Assembly: GCF_009834535.1 (NCBI RefSeq)
Contig: NC_045696.1
Location: 113,958,001-114,022,000 of the forward strand
Reading direction: 5' to 3'
Source of the DNA: Camelus ferus
Taxonomy: Eukaryota
Length of the DNA stretch: 64,000 nt
Positions 1 to 12,975 of the stretch are shown here, one piece after another. How positions within the stretch are numbered: position 1 is the first letter of the stretch; each line of letters begins with the position of its first letter. The position numbers and the translations under genes were made by a program. The notes under the pieces were generated by a model that made no database searches, was not told the DNA's origin, and saw only the letters and a list, made by a program, of their open reading frames with translations.

Positions 1-1139
1 TATATACATGCATCCACATAAATGAGACTGCGTGCATATATATCCACAGAAAATATTTAAGCAAGTTATTTGATTCCCTTTCAGTTCTCAATAATGCCCA
101 TTGCAACAGGCAGATTTAGGATTTTTAAAAAATCTGTCTGAATTGTATATGTGGAATTACATTCCAAAGAGGATTTGAGGAGTCTGGAAGCACAGCCTTT
201 CCATTAAAGCCATTAATTCCACACGAGAGCTCTCAATCACCAGGGACTATTTTCAGAAAATAAATATATTGAATGGAGAGATAACTAAGAAGAACCAGAG
301 AAACTGTAGGTTTGTATCTCGGGGAGGTGACTTGACTCTAATGTCTGACTCTTAATGATCCCTAAACATGTTACCTACAGTTAGGTAGAAAATTCCTCTT
401 CTGAAACTGCTGCATCTTCAAAGTCAGAAAGAAACCTGTTTTAAAAAGAGGAAGAAAACTGATGGCAAGGACCATTTGAAAAAATATTTATATACTCCAG
501 GTAGCCTTCTGTTGTTCTGTCAGGGTTCTGAATTAGCCACTGGTTGCTCTTTTCAGAAAGGACTGTTAAAAATGCCCGTATGGTATGCAGTAGTGTAGTT
601 TTTCTGCCTTCTTGAAATGTCTCAGAGCGAAATAGACAAAGTAAACTAAGTTTTTAAAAAATCTGGTGCACGATGGTTCATAAAACTCATTAAGCCCTAC
701 CAATAAAATGAGTGTAGAAATATCTGTCTGTTGCAATAAAATATTCTAAATAACAAGCCACTTTAAAAGAATGAGTGGTGAAAATGAGTTTTGAATACCT
801 CCATCAAAGATATTAATAAGTACTTCTGCAAAAAACTGAAGAGTTGAGACTTTTATTTAGGATTGTTTTCCAGGACTTGATTCTGTCAGAATCAAGTTGA
901 TAAACTTGTTCTATAACTATAAATTACAAAGCAACTTATTAAATTATATGGTTAAGGACAACCGTGTCTTGCTTGTAACTCTCTCATGTTTTGCTTACAT
1001 CTATCTCTTTTCTTTCATAGTAGCTGTCAGAATATCACAAGTGAACTGAAAATAGGTCTATAAATACCTAAACATTTGTCTCTAAGGAAAGCAAAAAAGC
1101 ACATCATGTGCTTAAAATTAACATGCCACGAACCACCGT

Positions 1140-1280
1140 GGATCGAGTGTTTGCAGATGTCAGGCGTGTGACACACGGTCTCTCGTTTAATCCTACTGTT
1201 GCCCTGTGAGAACCGAGACTCAGATACGGTCAATAAACTGCCCAAGAGCACCAAGTGTTGGAAGCAGAATCTGAACCCTC
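1140..1280 (-). mobile_element. MIR SINE fragment
   Basis: 'tctcgtttaatcct..ccctgtgag..gagactcaga..aactgcccaag..gcagaatctgaaccc' resembles the reverse of the MIR core; boundaries approximate. Confidence 0.6.
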
Positions 1281-4126
1281 ATGGATGTTCTTTTCTTTAT
1301 ACTTGGCTGTTTCTGAGCTTTGGGGTGGGGTGGGAGAGCCAGGGTCAGAGGACTGATGGTAAAGGAGCCACATCTGACCCCACCCTACCTCCTGCCCTCT
1401 TTCAACTCATTAGCACTGTCAGCCTTATGTGTCTTTCAGGGCTTTCAGAGTGCGTGTTTGCTGCTTTTCAGACTTGGACAAATGACTACTTTTGTGTCTT
1501 TGCTCACGTTTCTTGCACTTCTTCAGGATTGTGGTGTTACTAAGGGAGGTGGCTGAGTGCTGGTCCTGCCACCTCCACTGTAGTATTTGCTTTGAGAAAC
1601 ACAGTTCTGGCAGGTTTTGAGAGTGTTGACTGAGACAGGTGTGTGCCTGGCAGTGGGTCCTGGCGAGATCACCTAGGTTCCTCAGGCCTGAGTCAGATGT
1701 GAATGGGCTGGTGTCAGCTTCCTGTGTGAGTTTCTTTTCTAAGAAAACAAAGCACTATCTAGTCATTCCTCCTGTTGGAATTAAATGAAAAGTAATTTCT
1801 GAATAGCCTCTCTTGACCTCTAAAACTGGGATCTGTGGACTTTGGAAACTGCTTTGATGGGTGCATATTTGAAATGGACCTTGATCTACAAAATAAACAT
1901 TTGTAGTGTGTTAAAAACCAATACTTAAGATACAGAACTTTTTATTTTTGCCTTTCTCTGGACATTGTGAAATATATTTTTATCTTTGTGTAATTCTTAG
2001 CTGGGCACTAAGATTTTTTTTTTATAAGTAAAGATTTTAATTACTTAAAAAATTATACTTGCATCTTGAGGACACTTTGGAAATTTGCAGTTCCAATGTA
2101 TTTAGTTTGTATAAGTTTTATAAGACATAGATAATGGAATTAAATATGAACTAACTTTCTAAACTTTGAATGTAGGAACAAATCCCTGAATGCTTAGGAT
2201 TACAGAGAAGACCTCTGAGTGGCCACAGAGCCATCCCCTCTCTTTAGTCCTGGACTGTCGCCAGTGTTAAGGTTACTGCTTTAACTTGCCCGTGTAACTG
2301 GTTTTCCTTGTCAACCTTCAGTTCCTCCTGCAGATTACAAGAGGTATCCCCAACTGGAAAGGCCCCACAGTAATGAATTCTTGGAAAGATCAACCTAGAC
2401 ATTTGAATAGAACTGAAAAGCATCATTTTTATAGCACAGAGTGATAATTAATGTTCTAAACTATGGCCCTTAGTCATCCAAAAAAGTTTAACAAGCATGT
2501 TTAGCTCACTCTGTACAGTAAGAAAAAGGAGAGAGTGCTGTAAATGAGAAAGATTTCTGTTAAAAAAAAAAATTGCTAGTGTTAAAAAAAAAAAAAAAAG
2601 TCTGAGTCCCTCCTGCTCCCTACCGCCTTCCTTCCCTTCTGTGACAGAGATGGACCACATGCTAATCTGTCCTGAATATCTTGGATACAAAGTTGAGTAA
2701 AAGATGTTCTCTGTCCCCAAAGAGCCTGCTATGTAATGGTTCAAATAAACAGACAAGCAAATAATCTGAATACAGTAGAGTATTTTACTGGTTGTGTCTG
2801 AGACACCACTGAGGAGCACAGAAGAGAGAATACAGGCCATTTCTGAGCAGTATGGGGAAGCCCCATCAGCACTGGCTTCAGAAGCACGGTGTATTTTCCA
2901 GTTAACATTTCATTTTCTGGCGTGTCAGATAAATGAATGAAGTGCAACTTTATCTGGAAAGATTACTGTCTTGAGATTTACCATGGTCATTCCTCTAGGA
3001 TTTTTGCCTGTTTTGAGTGAAGAGTAGTCTTTGCTAGAGGAAAAAAAAAATTAGTTATTTCAGGCTGAAGATGGGCCAATTTGTAATTTTTGTATGAAGC
3101 AATCTGAACTCCTCAGAAGAAATTCCTTTTTGTAAATTCATGATATTGTTGGATATTCTTTATACAACTACAGAAGTACTTTACATAAATTCATCTATTT
3201 GAGTGTTAAATATAATACAGAGTACCATCTGTATCACTTTATGTAATTTAACATTTTTAATAATTTTTATACAAACTTTTATTTCATGTATAGTAGGTAC
3301 TTATTCTCTGGGGATAATTCCACAAAACAGCTCCTTAAAGTGAAATCACTTAAAACTGAGATAAACATTCAGAGTAAATTGTGAAAAATTAAACCAAAAA
3401 TAACTTGATTTCTAACTTCATTAAGAAAATCTATAATATTACTGAAACAGTGTTCTAATTAGGAGAGTGAAAACTCTTTTATTGGCATAATTTTTTGTAT
3501 GCTTGATAGCACATTATTAGATTTTTTAACAGCATTTTTGGCTTTTACAGTATAATAAACACTTCATTTTTTACAAAAAAAAAATTAAGGTGCTTCACCA
3601 GTTTTTCAAAGGGCCTCTCTCTTAGTCCTTCGACAGTCAAGTCACTGCAGAGCGATCCTATTGGTGTCTTTGTGGGTTTTCTCGTCTACCAGGGGCTTGG
3701 CATGTGATCTCAGCAGTCCTTCATCGCTTTACCCTATTTTATGAAAGCTTCTGAATAATTTCCAGTTTCATTTTACAACCAAATTGAATTTTCCCTGTGT
3801 TTGTTGAGAAACCAAAGTCTTTGCTAGCATGAGCATATATACGGGCACTGGTATTAAATAGAAATAATGTTTGAGTTGGAACTAATTTTGTAAGTGGTCA
3901 CTTCACTAGTATTTTCATTTTGGAATGGCTTTTGTTTCCCTGTGAATTTATATATATATATTTATTTTCAACTGTAGGAACAAACTGGAAACTGGTATGG
4001 CTTAATATTTCTTAACACTCAATAGAACATTTCCTTTAATCTCTTTTAACTATTTATATCATTATGGATGGGACTCACTTTTCAAAAATATAATCCTAAC
4101 ATAGAAACCAGCTGGACTATGAGAAA

Positions 4127-4201
4127 GATGATGGCTGCGGTGATGCAGATGGTGATGGTGATGCTGATGGGGACAGTGATGCAGATGGTGATGGTGATGG
4201 C
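4127..4201. repeat. Degenerate (GAT/GGT)n repeat with a 24-bp internal duplication
   Basis: gtgatgcagatggtgatggtgatg occurs at 4140-4163 and 4176-4199. Confidence 0.85.
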
Positions 4202-4924
4202 TGCCACTTGTGAAGCTCCTACAGCTAAAAACGTGCAGGTGCTACACTAGGCAGTTTAAAGAGCAATCCTTCTCCATGCTGAACTCATGGAGAAGGAGAC
4301 TGAGGAAATTCATACGGGTAGTGAGTGTCTTAAATGTTAAAGACAAGCCATTCCAGTGCTCAAGTTTGTGCTCTGCACGACAGTATCTTTCTCTGGTGTA
4401 AAGAAGCATTCACTTCAGAGTTTAAGAGTTAATGGTTTTGGTGCATATAATATAAAGTTCATAAAAATCTGATTAGCCCACAGTCGTAGGAATACATTTC
4501 TAGATTTTTACATACTTTGGCTATTAAGAATCATAAAAATGTTTCTTCCTCTTGTTTGTGATTAAGAGATAGTCCACAAATACATATCCTTGACTCAGCA
4601 GATTCAAGAGTCAAAATGGAATGAAACATGTGGAATTAATGAAATTGGATTTCTGAAACAAACCTCATAAAATATAGTAATTTTTAAAAAACTACCTGAC
4701 TTCATGAAGTAAATCCAGTACTAACAGCTTATTACTATTTTCAGAGAGAGAATGGTACACCATTTCCCAGTGTCTATCTATTTAATGGAACCTATGACTG
4801 TCCACTAGAAATGCAGTTATTTTACAATGTGTATTTTTCTATAAGCCATTACCCTAGGATACCAGGATTCAGCTTTGATATATTCATAAGTTGAAGGAGG
4901 AAATATACATATTTTACAGGCTTT

Positions 4925-5086
4925 AAAAAAAATTTAAAGCCAGTATTTTATTTCGGTTTTTGTTTGTTTTTGGTGGGGGGGGGTAATTAGGTTTATTTAT
5001 TTATTTTTAGAGGAGGTACTGGGGATTGAACTCAGGACCTCATGCATGCTGAGCATGCACTCTACCACTTGAGCTATACTCTCCCC
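4925..5086 (-). mobile_element. Camelid tRNA-derived SINE (Vic-1-like)
   Basis: Minus strand reads gggagagtatagctcaagtggtagagtgcatgc...gagttcaatccccagtacctcc (Pol III A and B boxes) plus an (aaat)n/A-rich tail; imperfect TSD ttttacag(g/t)cttt at 4912-4924 and 5091-5103. Confidence 0.85.
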
Positions 5087-6025
5087 TACCTTTTACAGTC
5101 TTTTATAACTGTGGAATCTGGAATTCCAGATGGTGAATTTTCAGTTGTTTGAACGTTTTCTTTCTCATTCATAGAGCAGCTTTGATCATGGCCCTTGGTC
5201 AAAGATGCTGTTTTTATTGTTAAAAAAACTCTTCAACATCAAACATATGAGGAAGGAGTCTAAAATTAGCCCATTAAGTCAGACACACAGAACCCTGTGG
5301 TCCCAGGAATACTGGCCTTCCTGTAAAATGCCTCTTAAGATGAGTACAACTTCAGAAGTTATTGCTTTACTGCCTTGGATTTTTTTTTAAACTGTTGTCC
5401 CCTAGCATGTGTAACTGAATGATGACCCATTCTGCATGTAAAGCCATATCACTGAGCTGTCTTTCAGGCTTAGATCTTTTGGTTTCTTAAATTCCCTCCT
5501 AAGAAAAATGATGGGATTATACTGTTTAAAGTTGTCTGTTTCTTGCAAGTTATTGGTTCACATACATACCATCATACTTTTGGAACAACATTTCCCCAGA
5601 GACGAGCTCTATTGTTAATTCTTATTCATCATGTCTCAAAACCACCAAACCTGCTGAGGCATTAAGCATACTTTTTGGACATGGTCTTAGAAATATGGCA
5701 ATTGCCATACTGAAGCAATCCATCCAGCCATCATGTTTTCTGCTTTGAACATAGTTCTGTCTTGCATTAGAAGCAGGCTTTAAGGTCCTCTGAATTGCCT
5801 ACTTGGACAGTAACGTGCAGAAGAGAGAAATTTCATTTTAATTGCATCCAGTGATCTTTTTATGCTCCAAAGCATGAGGACTGGTTTTTGTAATTCTAGC
5901 CTAGTAAGTGTAATTGCGGCTCTATTTATATTTATTTAGGTCCCTAATCCCTAAACCAAGCTTCTACATTGGGGATTTTAGATTAATTTTAGGTTAATTT
6001 TATATTATCTTACGAAAACCCTCTC

Positions 6026-6574
6026 GCTTTTTTGTAACAGGTTTCATACAAACTACCACTAAATCTAAGCTGAAATAGGAAAGAAAAAAACTCCTATTAA
6101 CACATCTTCACTGGATAGATGCGGGCAAGCCTACCACTACTGGCCATCTGATCTATAAATGTGGTATGACTGACCAAAGAACCACTGAAAACTTTGAGAA
6201 GGGGGCTGCTGGAGGTAAGGAGGGGCTCTTTGAAGTATGCTTGGGTCTTGGATAAACTGAGAGCTGAACAGGAGTGCAGTATCACCACTGATACCTCTGT
6301 GTGGGAATTTAAGACCAGCAAGTACTACGTGACCATCACTGAACTGTTTGTCTCAACTGGCCATTTGAGTTTAACAGTAAAAGAGTGGTTAATGATTACA
6401 GTGCATCACAAAACCTTCAGGAGGAAAGGAGAGTGTTTTGCGGACCATGTGTTTGTGTATGTGGCAGTTTTAAGTTACTCGTTTTTCAAATCAGTATTTT
6501 CCAATGGAAACAACCTGACCAACAATCTGTCATAGATTTTTGAGACCCATTAAAACAAAGTTTAATGGAAAAAA
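6026..6574 (+). pseudogene. EEF1A1: Processed pseudogene of eukaryotic elongation factor 1-alpha 1, internally deleted
   Basis: 5'TOP-like start (ctttttt), start codon mutated to ATA at 6075, peptide [39 protein letters not shown] (EF1[40 protein letters not shown]), then EEF1A1 3'UTR (gaactgtttgt...gagacccattaaa), A-tail and TSD aaaaccctctc at 6015-6025 and 6575-6585; no introns. Confidence 0.95.
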
Positions 6575-8149
6575 AAAACCCTCTCAAATATCTCAGATAT
6601 TTTATATCTGTTGCCTCTTTATATACCAATATTCTCATGGAGGAAGTGGAAAATACAGTCTTTCCATTATTTTAGAGCTGTGAACATTTCTCAAAAGATG
6701 TATCAACTCAGCAGAACACATTTCTGCTGTATTCCATGTTTTGTGTCCTCCTTTTTTTTTTTTTAAACCAAAAGCAGGGTTTTTTGTTGTTATTGTTGTT
6801 GTTTTGCTTTGTTTTATTTTAGTGGACCCAATGACTCTGCTTCTTTAATTTCTTCTCTTAATCCATTTACATTCTTTATAAAACTTTTTGTCTTTTCTCA
6901 GTTTTGTATTACGTTTCTACCGGATTTCCTTTTCTGTCTTTGCCCTAAGTGTGTCCCTGTTCTGAGTCACTGTCTCGACCTTTCATGTGGCACTCACTCC
7001 AGTGAGACACTGGAGTGTGAGAGCAGTGGGCCCCTGCTCCAGCTGTCTCCCACCTTACAGTCAACACAGCAAATGTGGGAATGCACTAACTCTAGACAGT
7101 AATGGTAATTTAGATAATTAAAGAAACACTGAGGAAATTTAAAACAAAGTAAACCCCACTATAGTAATGGGAATCTGGAAAGCAAATGCCCTGGTATTTT
7201 ATATACAGCCTTTCTATATAAAGTATTCTAGGAAACAGGGTAGAATCAAATTTATGATCATTAAAAGCTTTCTAAATAAATTTTACCATATTCTCACAGG
7301 AATGGTGTGAAAGGAAGAATGGATAGATGTGTTCCTTAAAGTGGCGAAAAAACAAGGAACTGTGAGAACGGTATTTCCATATTTAAGGGCCTCGTGGCAG
7401 AATGAGGAAATCCTAAGCTCCGCCAGCAGTGGAGGTGGAACTACTGGACTCATCTGACTGTACTGAGAGAGGCTGTTCCAGGTTCTGGAGATGGGAAGGA
7501 AAAGAGATGAAGACAGTCAAAGAACACCCGGTGGGAGATACCAGGAGGAAGATGCACAGACAAACAAAAACTGTTCCTGAGTGGGACTCTTACAAAGGAA
7601 GGGAGTAGAAGTGAAAGCTGAAAAGAAGAATAAATGAGGCTATTGATTATAACATTTTCAAAGTTTCTAAAAGATGGACTAGTGATTAAATTAGAGTGTG
7701 AGTGACTAGCACTTTTTCTAATGAAATCTACAACCAGTTGTGAAAGTGTTTTTAATGGATGTTTTTTGAGTTGTTAAATACCTAGACCCTACATATAACA
7801 GTTTGCATATTTTATATTTTTCATTCAATGTCACTGACTGGTTCTTACATTTTCTCAATTACATATATTCTGAAAGTAGCAAGTTTTCTACCAAGGCAAC
7901 TATGTCACTGTTATTTAATTATTTACTTATCCATAAAATAAGAGCTGTTTTTCATTTAACTGGATTTGAGGAAATAAGGCCTAAAGCAGAAGAGAATTGT
8001 TCTGGAAATATACTGGGGAGAGGTGAAGACAGCGGGAGGCATGCAAAAGCAAGCCTGTAATTTTCAAACAGATATGGTCGTTTATATAGAATTGGAGGTG
8101 AACTGAGAATAACCAGAGGACCAAAATTTCTGAATAACAACAGATGTGG

Positions 8150-8330
8150 TTTTGAGAGGCAGGAGGGGAACTTTCTTGGGTGGTGATAATGTTCAGTACT
8201 CTGATCAGATTGCTGATTACATGGTTTTTATTTCTATCTTAAAAGTTAACCGAGCTATAGGATGTATAAATAAAACTTAATTTTACTTTACACATTTTGT
8301 TGTATGTAAATGACATCTTACTTTGTTAAA
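8150..8330 (+). mobile_element. Old L1 (L1ME-type) 3' end fragment
   Basis: 'gggaactttcttgggtggtgataatgttc...gattacatgg...cattttgttgtatgtaaat' resembles L1ME 3' ends. Confidence 0.55.
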
Positions 8331-11300
8331 AGCAGGAGAAAAAACTCACTTGAATTCTAATGGGTGCTTCAGACTAAGATACTGCTTTCATTTTTATTAT
8401 TTCTACTGGATATACAGTTAGTATCATCTTTGATGTTACTGTTAAACTGTTCTTTAAACTGATACTCTATGAAGAAAACCTAGCCAATATATTTCATTTA
8501 TAACTCTCCTGAGCTGGAATTTCCCAGCACTAACCTGTTTCAGATTCCTGCTGTCGTTTCTGCACTATTAGCTGGTGTCAGCAGGGGGTTAACAGCACTC
8601 AATTTAACCTTGCTATTTGTACTCTGTTTTGATTTTTTTTTTCTTTTTTCCTCATTTAACTTTCTTACATGGATTCCCCATTTTAAAGATCCGTGCATGC
8701 ACCATGGGGTCTGTACACCGAAAGACCATAGTGCAGATAAGCACACAATAAAAGCACATTTAAAGATAATGTGAAGCTACAAGACCTTTCTTTTTTTTTT
8801 TTTTTTTTTTTTCTGGGAGCAGAAAGGCATTGCTGTGAAAATCACTGGAACAAGAGAAAAATTGAGTAAGCCTACTCATGCTGTTATTTTTCTGAGAAGA
8901 TTACAGACCTGTTTGAAATATGTAACAATTATACAGGTATGGATTACTTACAGGTTATATGTCCAGACAGAGGGGCATCTCTGTGACAGTTCTTTCTGCA
9001 GCTAGCCAGGGACAGAGGCTTCACACCAGAAGCACTTTCTCTCTCCATGATAAAATCGGTAAAATTCTAAAATCTGTTATGGCCTGTTCTCCCAATTGCC
9101 CCCTCTCCCCTCTTCCCTGGCCTGCTCCCCTTCCTTGGACCTTTTATCTTATAAATGCTGAGCCCCTTCTGTTCAAAACTGTGTCCAGCAGCAGGATAAG
9201 GGAAACTGGTGCACTGAAGTGGGCTACTGGAACCCCAGATCTGTCCCCTCCCCAATCCAGAATCCAGTGAACTGAAAGACTCACTACTCTTAGGAATGGT
9301 CTTTGTATTTCTCTGAGTGGGAACTGCGTAAAACACGATTGGTGGAAGTGAAAAAGGAGGAGGACCAGCGCTAATTCTGGCCATCCTGTAAGGCTGCGCG
9401 TATGGAGTTTAAACTGAAAGGAGAGCCCACCTTCTCTGTTCCTCAGCCCCTAGTCCCCTTCACTTCCAACCACCATTTTGCACACCTCCCAGCACATTCC
9501 TCTCCCAGTCTGGAGTTTCAACACCAACATGGTGACATCAAAGTGAAAACAACAAGAAAACCTCTGGTGACTTGGAGGAGAGGGAGACCCAGATCTCATG
9601 GAAACACACGTTCCTACCTCCCCAGACAGGGATTCTGAAAGCTCTTCTCCAGACACATTTCTTTGGTGATGGGGGAATACAGTAACGCAAGGACTGTACT
9701 GAAACGATGCTCTACTGTTATGCTGGGTGATAGACATCCTGGTTAACACCTGCTGTCCCGGCATTTTTATTATTAACAGCACCCCCTTTCACCCCCAAAA
9801 AGTTTGGCTGAAAAATTGTATGTTCACTCTAGTCATAACAAAATGGACTTCTCAGGGGAGGTGGGAACTGTTTAACAATAGTCCAAAATGTAAACAAATG
9901 ACATTAAGTATTTCAAAGTTAATTGGTAGCAGTTACGTTTTAAAGTATTATAAATGCAAATGTTCATTAAACATTCTTCAAAACAAAAAAACTCTTTGGA
10001 AAGGATTGTCATTACTATGATATAATGCCTACATGATGTCTGCAGCACAGCTATATAATTAATGTGGAATAACTAGCTAATATTTAAACCATTAAGTCAA
10101 ACTTAAATGGCATAAAGTCTCTATAAAAGAATACCTGAACATTTAAATTAGGGATTTTTCAGCTTTAATAATAAAATTCAGTGTTTAAATTTTTCTTTTT
10201 CCTAATTCTTTATAATTAAAGGTAACCAATCATGGGCCTTCAAGAGGTACTGACTTTAAAATTTGACAAATGTTCTACATTTATCTTTTTTAATTTACCT
10301 TTTTAAAAGACATATTACTTCCTATAAATTATTTTGCACATTTAAATGTATAGGTATGAAGTTGAATTAGTAAAACATGCATTAGTAAGAAAACAGGTTT
10401 CTGATTTAATACTAACCAACCATTGTTAATGTGCTATAAAATCCTCCTTAAGAGATATGGATTCCAATTATTAAAGTTAATGGCCTCCAGTTGCTTCATC
10501 TTGCCTTAGTTTAGGACATTAAGCATGCAGAATCCGTAATTTAATTATCACCTGTTAATACTGGCTCTAAGTTCATTTCTCTCCTGTCAGGATGAAACTT
10601 CTTAGATGAGTCAATTAAAAACCATTATCTTCCTATACAAAACGCCAGCCTGCACCCACAGTATACAGACCACAGATTTGCTGGGACTTTCAAGATGGGA
10701 TTTACTGAAACCTGCCTTTAATGGTTGCCAAATAAAACTATTATTTTTGTCCATTTATTATTCTAATTCTTTTTTTAATTCTTTTTTTTATTCTAATTCT
10801 TTAAATCTCTAGATTACATGTAGATTATATATTTTTCCCTTAGTGTATGTATATACCTTAAAAACAATTCAAGAAGTGGAGAGTTACACTCTTCTATAAT
10901 AATAGAAGGCAAAAATGAAAAGAAGTCTACACTTTTACTCCTATTTGGGCATAAGATGTAACAAAACATCAGAGAATGTGGTGCAGTAGCTTATCATGAA
11001 ATCCCATTGCTATGCACTGGAGAGATGTGCAGTTCACTTCCAGAAATTTATTAGAAACTTTGTCCCCTATACCCTCCTGTTACATGTACCATTTCACTGA
11101 AATCCAATTTTATCAGTTCATCCATGGGAATTAAACTAGGAAATTAATTTGTGCTAACCAAACTCACAAGAGACTGATTTATAAACTAGTAAATCACTTT
11201 GTAATCTGCCACGGGGAATGCTACCTGCTCTAACAACCAGAGAAATTCATCTGATGTTTCTGAGTTTCCACTACTCTCAGTGCAGGCACTACCAGGAAGA

Positions 11301-12239
11301 CAAAGGTGAAAAACACTTGATCTTCAACGAGTTCATAATCTGGTGAGAGGACTTAGGCAACAATGCATAAAATACAAGTCAGCCTACAGCAACTTCATGA
11401 GTGATATGTAGTACTTAAATGTATAGAGGAGATCTCCTTTCTGCTATTTAGACTCTGACAGATAGGGAGCCAAATTATACTTCAGGTGGATTTTTAGTGG
11501 ATGCATTTTAAAGTACATTTCTCAAGCCATTATTGGTTAATAAATCATCTTTCCCATTTTTTTTTGCATGTTTCTGTATAGAGAACCAGGACCGGCTATC
11601 TTTGCTCTTAGATACATTCTAGATAGACACTCCACCAAAATTTTAAACTATAACATGTCCAGACCCATGAGCAGTCCCTTCTTACTGTGGTTGTTATTAC
11701 ATCAATCTCTATTTCTGTATTCCAGAGTCACAGCTAACTTGTAGGCTGATTCTAAAGTCCGTGCATAAGGCAAAAATAATATATAGTCAAAGTACTCTTG
11801 GAAATTCCATAAACAGCCTATAAATTAGAGTATATATGGGGTTTGTAAAACAATATTCAGTAATATATATGTATAATGTTTAATAAAGCATGATATAATA
11901 AGGAATACATTATCCAAATGTATTTTAATTACAGTATTTTAATTTAAAGAAGTATTTATATAAAGAAAAGTATATAAATTAAATGTATGTATCATGCATG
12001 TCCTCTGTCATAACATTCGCATTTGTAGATTTCTCCCATTGAAAAGATTTAGAGGAGGCCACGACCTACAAACGTGTACTGAGAGGCTCGTCTTTTAAAT
12101 CACAAGACAGACTGAGCTGCTTCTGAAGACCTTTCCTACAGTTAGCTTGTTTTAGACATTTTATGTGGGTTCTTATTAGCTTCATTCTTAAGCATCTCTC
12201 CTAGATTTGGATGTTAGTCATGCTTTTCTCTAATTACTG

Positions 12240-12380
12240 GATTCACCCAAACATACCATGCAACTGTCTGGCACTGAGCCCAAATTCTGTCTCTGATGGT
12301 GGAGAGCCAACTAGCTCATAAGGAAATCAAACCCCTGACCTCGGGTGTTATTTGCACTGTACTCAGTCAGCTCAGTCTCT
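12240..12380 (-). mobile_element. Ancient tRNA-derived SINE remnant (MamSINE1-like)
   Basis: 'aaatcaaacccctgacctcgggtgttatttgcactgtactc' resembles the reverse of a tRNA-Ile-like head. Confidence 0.4.
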
Positions 12381-12759
12381 GTACCCATATACCAGAAATA
12401 ATAAAATACTTCCATTTAGCAAACTCACGGAAGCAAAAGCTGCGTCTGTATGTGTCAGTGTGCATCTAAAGTATGTTACTATGTGACTTTCCTCACTATA
12501 GTAATTTTAGGTAATCATTAATGATATTGTTTATTGTATTCATTGTTGCCTGAATATTTCCACAAGATCAATATTATTTCTATCTTTAGGAGACCAGAGT
12601 TTGAGGGATCTGCAGAGGTCTTGATGTGAAAGGAAGTGGCAGAGTCAGGACAATGCTCCACGTCTACTAGATCAGTCAGTGGTCCATTCATCTGTTAGAT
12701 TCTCGACATTATACAGAATACTGGGAGAACCTGGCGAAGACAGAATCTGGAACTGAAAG

Positions 12760-12975
12760 TGCATAAAGCTCAGGCTCTGGAATCCAACAGCTGTGTGTGA
12801 ATTTCACCTCCTCAAGTTACTTGCTGGGTGACCTCTAGCAAGTTACTTTAAACAACTCTTCAAGCCTCAGTTCCTTAACTCCCTTAGGGTTTTTGAAACA
12901 ATTCAATGAAATAGCAGATAAAGTTCTTAGCATAGTACATGGTATATCATTAGAGTTCAATAAATAGCTTAATAA
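12760..12975 (+). mobile_element. MIR SINE
   Basis: 'ggctctggaatccaacag...gtgacctctagcaagttacttt...gcctcagtt...cttagcatagtacatggtata...tcaataaatag'. Confidence 0.7.

Noticed and set aside
4068..4250. Met/Val-rich ORF
   Set aside because: Product of the (GATGGT)n simple repeat.
5010..5086. tRNA gene
   Set aside because: tRNA-like head of a SINE with tail and TSD, not a tRNA gene.
6194..6535. 113-aa ORF with EF1A similarity as a functional retrogene
   Set aside because: No true ATG, frameshifts upstream, and the second half is translated 3'UTR.
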